A DNA stretch of 61,031 nucleotides from Candidatus Hodarchaeota archaeon (GCA_016839815.1 JAEOTM010000099.1:1-61031), one strand, 5' to 3'; shown: positions 50,367 through 59,610, counted from the stretch's first letter. Numbers and translations are program-made. The notes: a model not told the origin generated them from the sequence alone.

Positions 50367-51608
50367 TCAGGATAGAACATAACGCAAAATTACGCATATT
50401 CCACCAAAACTTTCAATTTGCCTTCCTTCTTCTGTTTGAGAACTAATAATCTCTACCTGAGTGTTTGTCTTTTCAGCTAAATCGCCAAGATCCATAATCA
50501 AATCTTTTATTGTAACATCCCAGTTAGTATTATTACATTTAGTGCATTGATTTTTTTGTAGACTAGAAATCACTGTATCAACATTATCTGGATCTACGGT
50601 ATTTTCAACAAGATAGTCACAATTCTTACATTGAGCGATAATCCTTTTCTTTTTAACACTCTCAGAAATTAGTAATACTTCAACAGCTCCCATAATTAAA
50701 TTTTCTCTGACTTGTTGTTCCCCATAGTTGCCTTTTCCTTCTAATAATGCTTCTTTGAATCTCCGTACTAGCTGCTTCTCTTCCATAATCGCAATTCCTT
50801 CTAACACATCCTCAGAATTCTCAACTAGTTCGTTAATTCCTCCTTCATCTCCTCCATATCCCAAGTCCTTTATTCCTGCAACTTTGTCTTTTAGTCGATT
50901 ATCAAAATGCTCGACAACTTGATCTTTAGTTTGACCAGGGCCGCCAATAATAACTCCTTTCAATTCAAATTTAGCATCTTCGAGGAAGTATTGCTTCATT
51001 TCATCAGCAACTCGTTTTAGATATCGAGCTATGGCTTCAACACGCAATCGAGCGTAACGGACACTACTCTGACCTCCTTTTCTATGTTTTTTTGCCGCTC
51101 CACTACGTGTACTCTTAATAATCTGAACCCGATCCCCTTGCAAGGTTGCAATTGTAGCTTTAGCACTATCTATAGCTAATAGGGCATACACATCTTTTTC
51201 CCCGAGTTTTTCAATAAGGTGCTCTACATGGAATCGATTATCACAAACATATAATTTACGTGAAATCGGATCTTTCGGCTCAAATACGTAAGATTCTAAT
51301 TTAAAGTCCTTATGTCCAGAATCTGCTGTAGCGCCTGCAAATATTGCCAAACCTGATTCTGGTGCTTTATGTCCATACAGTCTGAGCTTTCCAATTACAT
51401 TTCTTAATGCAGAGACAACGTTTTTCTGAGTAAATTTACTTCTAATATTGGTAGCCGTGCCAATTTCATCTGATAATTCTTGTACGAAATCTGCGATGGC
51501 ACGATTCGGAGGAACATAGAGAGAAATTAAACAAGTGCTTCCATCTGGAGATTCTTTAGCTTTTAATTCGTTTAATTCCTGTTCATACTTATAAGCTCTG
51601 TAAGAAAT
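50367..51608 (-). CDS. prf1: Peptide chain release factor aRF1 (extended upstream of the ORF-track call; non-canonical start)
   Basis: Frame open from 51653 encodes LISLYVPP...GTATNIRSK, then YVCDNRF and GGQS. No in-frame ATG/GTG/TTG before 51350. Confidence 0.92.
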   Translation of the reverse strand: MSYRAYKYEQELNELKAKESPDGSTCLISLYVPPNRAIADFVQELSDEIGTATNIRSKFTQKNVVSALRNVIGKLRLYGHKAPESGLAIFAGATADSGHKDFKLESYVFEPKDPISRKLYVCDNRFHVEHLIEKLGEKDVYALLAIDSAKATIATLQGDRVQIIKSTRSGAAKKHRKGGQSSVRYARLRVEAIARYLKRVADEMKQYFLEDAKFELKGVIIGGPGQTKDQVVEHFDNRLKDKVAGIKDLGYGGDEGGINELVENSEDVLEGIAIMEEKQLVRRFKEALLEGKGNYGEQQVRENLIMGAVEVLLISESVKKKRIIAQCKNCDYLVENTVDPDNVDTVISSLQKNQCTKCNNTNWDVTIKDLIMDLGDLAEKTNTQVEIISSQTEEGRQIESFGGICVILRYVLS

Positions 51609-51775
51609 GATAAACTTCTCCTCTAGTATTGCTGGAATGTATTTATTCTCCCCTTACTCCATATTTCCTTCTTTCAACACATCATTAAAAGTATTATCAA
51701 TGATAATAGCAAAAGAAGGAGAGAATAACTAATTTACTAAGATTGAATCTTCAAAAGACATCTCCGTTTCCTGAT

Positions 51776-52774
51776 TTATTTCTCATATACAGGTCGAAGT
51801 AATTTCTCAAGTAGATTGTATTTTCTTATTAACGCATTTAAAGTTAAATGTTCCCAATCAGATATAGCAGAGTACTCTACCAAATCCAAACTTAGGAGGA
51901 GGGAGTTATTCTCTTGGAATAAAGTCGATATTTCACCTATAAGCTTCACAAGCTTTTGTATTTGTAAATTAATACTTCTTTTTTTATATTCCATAAAAGA
52001 TGACAAGTTTTCAAAAATATTAATCTCTTTACCTATAAGTATCGATTGGGATCGATCAATGTGGTCTGGAAGCATCTGAATTTGTTGGTTCAAATTTAAA
52101 GAATGCCCAATGAACAGATTACGATTCCAAAAACTTGATAAACCTAAATATTGAGCTTCAGGGGGAAAAAAATCTAGATCTATTGTTAAATAGACTGTCT
52201 TATTTTTGATCCAATCTAAGAATGGTTTCTCATCCCTCAACTCTGTCAAGCTTGGTTGAAAATATTTGGCAACCTTAGATCCTGATTTTACCTCATAATC
52301 TGGATCAGCCCAACCTCCTACAATCGCTGTCTTTCTGGCAAGTTTAGGTGTAATCCAAGCCCCATGGATTCCGAAAGAATTCCCCAAATCCAAGTGTGCA
52401 TCAAAAGTAATGATTCTTAACTGGTCTTCGTACTTACGTGATAAAATTTCAGCTTTATAACGTGAAGGAGCATGGGACGTCGATATACCTATTTCTTTAG
52501 TACTGAGTTCCCAAGAATTCTCCGGAATATCCCTGAAAGAATGAGTATTCAAGATATTACAGTGAGGTGCTTTACTAAGAAGGTTTTTGACGTGATTTTC
52601 AAATATATAATTCACCAGACCCTGAAAATCGACTTGGGGATACTTTCCACGAATTTTCTGAATCTGACGCCAAGCCCAATATTCCTCTGCCCAAAATTGT
52701 GTAATTCCATAGGTCGAACTGGGAACGCAGTCTGGATATGGAGAATTATGTATATAATTCGGATGTTTAGTCAA
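51776..52774 (-). CDS. Divergent arginase/ureohydrolase-fold protein
   Basis: ITFDAHLD and LTIDLDFF metal motifs, DLVEY; canonical GGDH replaced by STSH. Confidence 0.7.
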   Translation of the reverse strand: MTKHPNYIHNSPYPDCVPSSTYGITQFWAEEYWAWRQIQKIRGKYPQVDFQGLVNYIFENHVKNLLSKAPHCNILNTHSFRDIPENSWELSTKEIGISTSHAPSRYKAEILSRKYEDQLRIITFDAHLDLGNSFGIHGAWITPKLARKTAIVGGWADPDYEVKSGSKVAKYFQPSLTELRDEKPFLDWIKNKTVYLTIDLDFFPPEAQYLGLSSFWNRNLFIGHSLNLNQQIQMLPDHIDRSQSILIGKEINIFENLSSFMEYKKRSINLQIQKLVKLIGEISTLFQENNSLLLSLDLVEYSAISDWEHLTLNALIRKYNLLEKLLRPVYEK

Positions 52775-52780
52775 TTCTAA

Positions 52781-53461
52781 TCAAGAGTTCTGGATTATTG
52801 TACCTACGTTGACTCCTTCAATGGCTTGTCGAATTTTCTGTATTTCTTTTGGACAAATTATAATCCTCATATTAGATCTTTCACAAATCTTTGCTGCAAT
52901 CAGAGTGAATGGGGCATTTGATCCGGCTCCTAGAGAAAGGGGAGAAATTACTTCATAAAATTCCTTATATGATAATTCAGGAAATTTTCTCGCATCAGAA
53001 TTGTTTCTAGGATCCTTATCATAAATTCCATCAACATTTGTGACATTTATTAAAATAGGTGACCCGAAAAGGTCAGCAACAACAGCAGCGTCTTCATCAG
53101 TTTTAACAGCAGGTAAAAAACCCCCAGATAACCCAATATCATAATGTTGCATTTGTTGCATTAATTCCTCCACAGTTCGGGGCAAAACTGGAGCGGTTTT
53201 TCCTTTAAAATAATACGATAATAATTCTGCATTTAACCATGTTGCAGCAATTCCCATATAATCTCGTTCACCCTCAGTAAGTCCTTGAGGAAGCGCATGA
53301 ATATAATCACGAGCGACTTTTCCCCCCCCGCAAACAATCATGAATTTGTACTTCGATAAAAGTTCTAGAATTACCTTGGTAAATTCCTTTAAGAATTTGA
53401 CATCAATTTCTCCTGGATTAATTATTGAACCACCTAAAGATAGAGTAATAACTGGTTTCAT
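52781..53461 (-). CDS. pyrH: UMP kinase
   Basis: LSLGGS, VCGGGKVARDYI, DYMGIAATWLNA, TNVDGIYDKDP. Confidence 0.92.
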   Translation of the reverse strand: MKPVITLSLGGSIINPGEIDVKFLKEFTKVILELLSKYKFMIVCGGGKVARDYIHALPQGLTEGERDYMGIAATWLNAELLSYYFKGKTAPVLPRTVEELMQQMQHYDIGLSGGFLPAVKTDEDAAVVADLFGSPILINVTNVDGIYDKDPRNNSDARKFPELSYKEFYEVISPLSLGAGSNAPFTLIAAKICERSNMRIIICPKEIQKIRQAIEGVNVGTIIQNS

Positions 53462-53680
53462 CTTAAAAATCTCCGAATTTTTCTTAGTAAAAGTCCATCT
53501 TATTACCTTAAGATATTTCCTCTCGATTTATTAGATTTATTCTTCCATGGTTAATTCAGTATAAATGAAGGAATATTTGCTTAGTATGGGAAATGTTCCG
53601 TTAGAAAGAAAAATTTGAAAATTCTACTCTAAGAAGTTACTAAAAATTTATCTTGACATAATCAGAAAGAAGAGAGTAGT

Positions 53681-53874
53681 GCCTAGGGTGCGAGTTTCAG
53701 TTAGGGACACCTGTTCCCTATTATTACCTTTTGAACGCACGGCAACTGGATTTCTGACGGTTTATTCAACCTTCAGACTTCAGTCCAGCGCTTACGGGAT
53801 TCGCCTCCTATTATGGAGGCAATCCTCCCGGGTTACTCGTTTACTCGACAGAGCAAACTCTAAGCTACCTAGGC
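53681..53874 (-). ncRNA. Unidentified highly structured RNA immediately 3' of rpl37e
   Basis: GC-elevated island; terminal stems GCCTAGG/CCTAGGC and GAGTTT/AAACTC enclose three hairpins; pyrimidine tract follows on the minus strand. Confidence 0.65.
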
Positions 53875-53881
53875 TGTGTGT

Positions 53882-54070
53882 TTAGGTTATCCTTCGACGG
53901 TGATTAAAATTCTTTCGTTGCCAAGCATATCGTCTTAGCTTGGGACTTGGATATCCACAGGATGCACATCGACCTTTACGTTTGTGAAAACTCCGGTTAC
54001 CACAGCGTCTACATTGCATATGTGTTCTGTGTGCTGTTCGTTTTCCTCGTGAGGTTGTTCCTTTTGTCAT
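53882..54070 (-). CDS. rpl37e: 50S ribosomal protein L37e
   Basis: MTKGTTS.GKR...H..CRRCG..SFH....CASCGYP. Confidence 0.97.
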   Translation of the reverse strand: MTKGTTSRGKRTAHRTHMQCRRCGNRSFHKRKGRCASCGYPSPKLRRYAWQRKNFNHRRRIT

Positions 54071-54113
54071 TTTATTTCAGCTCGATATTTTCAGGTTGAT
54101 CTGAGATACAAGT

Positions 54114-54356
54114 CTATGATGGAGGCGAGATTAGGATTACATTATCTCCCCGAAGAATAATATTTCCAAGGGTTTCTGTACGTTCTTCTTCACCTGTTTC
54201 TTCATTGCTTGGATGAATCATTTCAGCACTTTCAAGGTAAAGATTGAGATGAGGATCATAACTACGTAAGGTACCACGAATCTCACGTCTACCTCGTACT
54301 TTAAGGATTACTGTTTGATTCAAAGCATTTGTTAAGACATCTAAAGGTCGACTCAT
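54114..54356 (-). CDS. lsm: Sm-like archaeal protein (SmAP1/Lsm)
   Basis: RPLDVL, Sm1 GTLRSYDPHLNLYL, Sm2 ILRGDNVILISP; upstream of rpl37e. Confidence 0.95.
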   Translation of the reverse strand: MSRPLDVLTNALNQTVILKVRGRREIRGTLRSYDPHLNLYLESAEMIHPSNEETGEEERTETLGNIILRGDNVILISPPS

Positions 54357-54399
54357 TTCTAATCACTCTAAATTGAAAAGACTTTGTAATCTAAGGATA

Positions 54400-54535
54400 T
54401 GCTCCGACCGGGATTTGAACCCGGGTCCTCTCGCAGGAGACTACTGGTGTAATCCTATATCGAGGCGAAAGCCCGATATGATTAGCCGTAGGTATCACAA
54501 TGATGCCCTCTTGGGCCGAGCTACACTATCGGAGC
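54400..54535 (-). tRNA. tRNA-Glu(TTC) with two non-canonical introns (21/22: 54482-54511; 44/45: 54428-54458)
   Basis: Removing the 30-nt and 31-nt BHB/BHL-flanked inserts gives a 75-nt cloverleaf GCTCCGA TA GTGT AGCTCGGCCCA TCAT A TCGGG CTTTCGC CTCGA TGAC CCGGG TTCAAAT CCCGG TCGGAGC A. Confidence 0.88.
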
Positions 54536-54715
54536 CGAAATCCTCACACTAGAGCCCTTTCTTGGCAGTACTTCCCCCCTTACATTACACTTATTTCATT
54601 TCCCGAAATTAAATGGAGATTAGAATTTAGACTATGAATAAAAAATGTAAATAGTTTACGGCCTAGAAGAAGAAAAGGCATAGAATGGTTAATAGATAGC
54701 TGGAAGGCTTAATAA

Positions 54716-55063
54716 ATGGCTCCCTCGAAGCAAAAGAAAAAACGACGGTCAAGAACAGAAAAGCAAACAAAGAAACTACTTTTTTCTGAAGCGATTAATT
54801 ATCTCCTCGAGCAAAGCCTAGAGCAGCGAGTAAAAGACCCTGATTTATCAAAGGAGTATTTTTTATCTGCTAAAAAAATGGGGATGCGAGGAAGATTTCA
54901 TCTTCCTAAACAGTACCGACATTTATTCTGTCACAAATGCTATACTCCACTTACTTCAAATACAGCAAGAGTACGTCTTAATAGTAAGAAAAAACAGGTT
55001 CATTATCAATGCTTGATATGTCGATCTGAACATCGAATTGGTTATCATAAACCGAAACCGTGA
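54716..55063 (+). CDS. rnp4: RNase P protein component 4 (Rpp21/Rpr2)
   Basis: FCHKCYTPL...ARVRL...YQCLICRSEHR. Confidence 0.85.
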   Translation: MAPSKQKKKRRSRTEKQTKKLLFSEAINYLLEQSLEQRVKDPDLSKEYFLSAKKMGMRGRFHLPKQYRHLFCHKCYTPLTSNTARVRLNSKKKQVHYQCLICRSEHRIGYHKPKP

Positions 55064-55398
55064 GAATTATGTTTGTAGCAGTTTATACAACATTTGCTAG
55101 TATTGAAGATGCAAAAGCATTTGGGAGAAAAATTGTTGAAGAAAGGCTTGGAGCTTGTGTTAACATTCTTCCTAACATCATATCAATTTATAGATGGAAA
55201 GAGAATATTGAGGAAGAACCAGAAGTAGTAGTTTGGATGAAAACACGAGAGGTACTGGTTCAAAAAGTGAAAACGGTATTGAAATCGATACATCCATATG
55301 ATCTTCCCGCTTTTGCGGTTTATAAAATCGATACAGGAAGCGAAGAATATCTTCAGTGGCTAAGTGAAGAAACAATGCCATTAAATATCGACAGATAA
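55060..55398 (+). CDS. cutA: Divalent-cation tolerance protein CutA
   Basis: LGACVNI, SIYRWK, HPYDLP, YLQWL. Confidence 0.93.
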   Translation: MRIMFVAVYTTFASIEDAKAFGRKIVEERLGACVNILPNIISIYRWKENIEEEPEVVVWMKTREVLVQKVKTVLKSIHPYDLPAFAVYKIDTGSEEYLQWLSEETMPLNIDR

Positions 55399-56415
55399 AC
55401 GAAAACTGTTAGATAATTTCTCGACGGATATTACTGCATCAGTAAACGTTTCAATAAGGTTAATATTAGTTTGAGTATGGTTGGTGAGAGTAGGAGCTGT
55501 AAATGTACTCGAACTTCTTGCTAGTGCCATTACAGGTAAAATCTGATCGGCTAAGAACTTATCAACAGTACAATTGTTTGATAAAGTCAAAAAATAGTGG
55601 GAAAAAGCGGTAAGGCCTACTTTTTCAGCGGATTTCTGTCTTTCACCCACAGCATCACCTGCAAGAATGGCATCATCAGTGTTGGAAAAAACAAGAACAC
55701 CAGAACCAGGACTTTTTGCATCTACAACCGATAAATCTATTGTGGCATTAATATCATATTGAGCAAGATTCCGTTGAATCTCTTCTGCCTGTCTTTCAGC
55801 TACTTTGGCCTTTTTTAGATGATTTGTGGCAACAGATTTAATAAGAGCATCATTTATTTCGGATTTTCTTATTAAGTTTATACCTGATAATTTAGAGGGT
55901 GAAGACATTGAAACATTCACTTGTGCTCCCCCTTTAGGATAGAAACCATGTTGAAGAATTGTTAGTTCTAAAGAATAGTTCATCTGGTGAAAGATCTTCC
56001 AAGTGACATTTTGAATATAATCCAGACTAGGAGCCCATTTTCCATAGGTTCCCCCTCCATGAAAAGTAAGATTTAAACTGTGATTTGAAGAAGCAAGCAT
56101 CCCGATCTGAAGAACCTGTAAAACTAAACCAATACTACCTGCCGTGGGAATAGAAACAGAGAGCTCTGTTTTCCAATCAGTACCGGGATGGAAAGTTATT
56201 TTTTCACTTCCAATTTTCCCCCCAATCAGTTCACCCCCACATAGGTCCGTTAAAGCACGCAATCCTAAAAGATGTTGAGCTCGTAAACCAGGAACTGGTC
56301 TTTTCTTACGAATGTTTTCAATAGTAATAGACTCCTGGTTAATTAAAGCTAGAGCGGTAGCAATACGCAATACTGAGCCTCCACCCTCACCTTGGCTACC
56401 ATCAATTACACGCAT
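55381..56415 (-). CDS. rtcA: RNA 3'-terminal phosphate cyclase
   Basis: IDGSQGEGGG, RPVPGLRAQH, GFYPKGG, FLADQ, TNHTQTN. Confidence 0.93.
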   Translation of the reverse strand: MRVIDGSQGEGGGSVLRIATALALINQESITIENIRKKRPVPGLRAQHLLGLRALTDLCGGELIGGKIGSEKITFHPGTDWKTELSVSIPTAGSIGLVLQVLQIGMLASSNHSLNLTFHGGGTYGKWAPSLDYIQNVTWKIFHQMNYSLELTILQHGFYPKGGAQVNVSMSSPSKLSGINLIRKSEINDALIKSVATNHLKKAKVAERQAEEIQRNLAQYDINATIDLSVVDAKSPGSGVLVFSNTDDAILAGDAVGERQKSAEKVGLTAFSHYFLTLSNNCTVDKFLADQILPVMALARSSSTFTAPTLTNHTQTNINLIETFTDAVISVEKLSNSFRLSVDI

Positions 56416-56496
56416 GATAGATTCTCCTATTTTCTAAGAAAGCCCAGATAGAAAGATACAAAATGTATCTTAAAAGATGTGAAAATGAATATATGT

Positions 56497-56658
56497 TTAT
56501 CCTGCACGCTCTTTCCGCTTGGGACGAAGTCTTGTTGATCGACAGCGGCGACATTTAGTAGCATTAGCAGGATTTCTAGCATAGCACTTACGACAAATCA
56601 TCATATCAAGGAGAGCACTACGCACAATGTCTCTTTTATCTGGATCGGTGATAGGCAA
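56497..56658 (-). CDS. rpl40e: 50S ribosomal protein L40e (not ubiquitin-fused)
   Basis: Not in the ORF track; TTG start, MPITDPDKRDIVRSALLDMMICRKCYARNPANATKCRRCRSTRLRPKRKERAG*. Confidence 0.93.
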   Translation of the reverse strand: MPITDPDKRDIVRSALLDMMICRKCYARNPANATKCRRCRSTRLRPKRKERAG

Positions 56659-56882
56659 TGAATACAGGACTCCATTTCTTAGTTCTATTGATCAAAAGTC
56701 AAAAATTCAAACAAACACTGTTTAAATCATGAATTATGACCGATTTAAGGGATTTTATTGAGTGTTAAAATCTTATTTGTAGAATTTTTTCAAGAATAGT
56801 ATGTTTATTGCATGAAGAATATTAAAAACGAATGAGGACTTGCTTATTTAGAGTTTAATACTATTGAGTATAGTGAAAATGG

Positions 56883-57734
56883 ATGGAATTAAGAGCAATT
56901 ACTGATTTGGCACGTCTTAAAGCTTCCTTCATTACGGGTTTAGTTGTAGTATTTGGAATGATTATTGCATCAACAGAATCACCATTGGACTATAAACTCT
57001 TCCTTGGATTTCTTGTTGGATTATTGCTATCAGCTAGTACTAATACTATAAATGACATTTTAGATAGAGAAATCGATAAGTATGAAAAACCCAATCGTCC
57101 CATCCCTCGAGAAGGGATCTCCATTAATGAAGCAATAGTAGTATTTACTTTAGAAACATTGCTTGGGTTATTCCTTACGTTCTATTTGAATTTCTATTCA
57201 TTTCTTCTTTCCGTAAGTGTAACAATTTTATCCCTACTTTACTCTTGGAATCTTAAAAATATACTGTTAGTAAAGAATATTATTACCTCATTCGGCATTT
57301 CATCGGCATTAATAGTTGGTGTATTTGCAAGGAACCCAGATGAAATATCTACAGATATTTTATTATTTTTCCTGTTAATATTCATCATAGTGGTTGCCTT
57401 TGAAATGCATAAGGACATAGCTGATGTAGAAGGGGATAGAAAAAATAAGAAAAATACCATCCCAGTCAGATACGGAACACAAAAAACCGCTATACTAGTA
57501 ATTAGTCTCTATTTACTAGGTATGAGCTTATACTATGGCATTTTATTAACCACAGGAAACTTTTTTGAACTGCTTTTCTTGGTAGTAGATGTATTCATTA
57601 TAATCGTGTTAATACCCATCTTCAAACTTCTAAAACACCATGATGACATTGCATATATTCATAAAACCAGGAAATATACCATGGGTGTATTATTCCTAAT
57701 TACTGGGTCGTTAATTGTTAATTTTCTGACCTAG
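56883..57734 (+). CDS. UbiA-family prenyltransferase (DGGGP synthase-like)
   Basis: NDILDREIDKYEKPNRPIP and KDIADVEGD Asp-rich motifs; multi-TM. Confidence 0.85.
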   Translation: MELRAITDLARLKASFITGLVVVFGMIIASTESPLDYKLFLGFLVGLLLSASTNTINDILDREIDKYEKPNRPIPREGISINEAIVVFTLETLLGLFLTFYLNFYSFLLSVSVTILSLLYSWNLKNILLVKNIITSFGISSALIVGVFARNPDEISTDILLFFLLIFIIVVAFEMHKDIADVEGDRKNKKNTIPVRYGTQKTAILVISLYLLGMSLYYGILLTTGNFFELLFLVVDVFIIIVLIPIFKLLKHHDDIAYIHKTRKYTMGVLFLITGSLIVNFLT

Positions 57735-57800
57735 GCTAAAAGTAAAGAATTAGTTTGTCGTTATCTGATATCTTATAAAGTTTCATTTCGATTTAATAGT

Positions 57801-58748
57801 ATGTGTCAAATAAACAAAAAAATCCTCTGCCTGACCACAATAGTCTTTCTTATGATTATTACTATTCATTCCGCTCTTGCGTGTACTATCTTTACAATTT
57901 CACATAATGATACAGTCTATTTTGGTAATAATGAGGATTGGAGTAATCCTGAAACTTATATTTGGTTTAAAACCTCCAATCAGAATCAGTACGGGGGAGT
58001 GTACTTGGGATTTGATGATTTCTTTCCACAAGGAGGTATGAATGTCAAGGGATTATGCTATGATGGAAACGCTCTATCTTCTGGTGAGTTAAACCCCCAC
58101 CCCGAATTACCTTCCCTCACCAAGTGGGTAGGAATATATATTATGGATACGTGCGCAAATATCTCCGAAGTAATTGAGACATCCCTTTCCTATAACTGGG
58201 GAAGTAGAATGAATTACCAGATTCAGTATGCAGATGCGGATGGTAATGCTGTCGTAGTATCTTCTGGATTAGATAAGGAACTTGCTTTTACACGAAAAAT
58301 AAACAGTAGTTATTTAGTTTCAACAAATTTTAATGTCAATTATACTGGATATTCATACAGCTGTCAACGCTATGACACAGCAACCGAAATGCTTGACGTG
58401 CTTTCTTCATCTGAGAATCTCACCATTGAGGCGGTAAAGGACATTCTTGCAGCTACTCATCAAACAGGAACTTATGCTACAAAATACAGTAATATATTTG
58501 ATCCTGTAAATTTAAAAGTCTATTTATGGTACAACCATAACTTTACCACCCTAATTGAATTCGATCTTATGGAGGAACTTACACTAGGCAATCACCAGTA
58601 TAAAATGAGAGAGATATTCACAGAAACTACTACTCAGGAACCAGTTACTTCGGTGGATCAGCCAACTACTTCTTCCACAGCTGGATTCATAGTATTTATG
58701 CTAATACTGGCATTTGTGATCTTGGTAAAATTCAGAAGGAAAAATTAA
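57801..58748 (+). CDS. Surface-anchored Ntn-hydrolase (C45/choloylglycine hydrolase-like)
   Basis: Signal peptide ending ALA followed by nucleophile CT; GNNED, GGMNVKGL, STNF, RY; Thr-rich linker, AGF, TM, RRK. Confidence 0.82.
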   Translation: MCQINKKILCLTTIVFLMIITIHSALACTIFTISHNDTVYFGNNEDWSNPETYIWFKTSNQNQYGGVYLGFDDFFPQGGMNVKGLCYDGNALSSGELNPHPELPSLTKWVGIYIMDTCANISEVIETSLSYNWGSRMNYQIQYADADGNAVVVSSGLDKELAFTRKINSSYLVSTNFNVNYTGYSYSCQRYDTATEMLDVLSSSENLTIEAVKDILAATHQTGTYATKYSNIFDPVNLKVYLWYNHNFTTLIEFDLMEELTLGNHQYKMREIFTETTTQEPVTSVDQPTTSSTAGFIVFMLILAFVILVKFRRKN

Positions 58749-59212
58749 CTTGTTATTATATGTATCTGAGAATGAAATAGGAAGAAAACTCTGTGTCGTA
58801 AAATAATCCAGATGAGATAACTAGAAAGAAAGAGTCAGCAGTTTGATAAAAAGACGAGCTTCGACTGGAAGAAACCATCTCCTATTATGGCTAGATAAAG
58901 TGCCCTCTTTGAGACAATATCAACCGACTAAAATAGTAATATCTCAAGTTCTATTTTGAGAAAAACCTCTGTTCCTATATAAAAGTCAGATAAACGAGTA
59001 TTAGCTGAAAGGTGAATAAAGTCGGAAAATCGAACACCGCCCCCCGATTGTTTCCAGTCGATAATTCGAAAAATTCGACAAAATTAAGAACTATTCGGAT
59101 TACGGATGTAAGTATGAACGTTTTTCCCTTCTATCTATTTCCAGAAAAGGTTAATATATTATTAGTTTCATAATTAGTCTTGAAATACAAATTCCTAATT
59201 GGTGATACCCGT

Positions 59213-59500
59213 ATGCAATATTACATGAGTGTAAGTGAAATCCAAGATCGAGTGAAAACCCTTCTCAACCACTTTACTGGCAGTTATAATAACAAGTCTC
59301 CCTTCTTCAATCCTGAATTAGTGGCTTCTTTGAAAAAAGCTATGGATCCGACACTATTAAACAACGAACAAGTTGCCGAAGAAATTCTTACCGTCTTTCT
59401 TAACTCCATTATCCTCGCGGGTCAATTAGGGATCGATATTGAAACTAAGATTAATGAATATCTTGTACAGCTTGAACGTGAAGCTCTGGTTGCCATGTAA
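59213..59500 (+). CDS. Hypothetical protein, weakly MazG-like helical fold
   Basis: VAEEILTVFLNSIILAGQLGIDIE resembles the MazG C-terminal half without its acidic catalytic motif. Confidence 0.55.
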   Translation: MQYYMSVSEIQDRVKTLLNHFTGSYNNKSPFFNPELVASLKKAMDPTLLNNEQVAEEILTVFLNSIILAGQLGIDIETKINEYLVQLEREALVAM

Positions 59501-59610
59501 TCCAATTTCATTCTTTTTCTTATCTTTTTTCCAACAACTACTTCTTTTCTTCTTCTCTTTTCTCTTTTAATCATGAAAAACAGAGGAAATCTTATTTAGA
59601 TTTGACTTTC

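Noticed and set aside
52781-53461. Possible isopentenyl phosphate kinase for the MVA cluster
   Set aside because: Motifs (GGGKVARDYI, DYMGIAAT) are those of archaeal UMP kinase
53679-53885. 68-aa plus-strand ORF; also considered SRP RNA, 5S rRNA or SECIS for this region
   Set aside because: The ORF coincides with the structured element and has no protein features. No SRP helix-8 motif, wrong size for 5S, and rpl37e has no in-frame TGA.
59000-59120. Cluster of TCGA/TCGG words and an imperfect inverted repeat
   Set aside because: Too short and irregular to call a repeat, CRISPR or RNA; at most a regulator site
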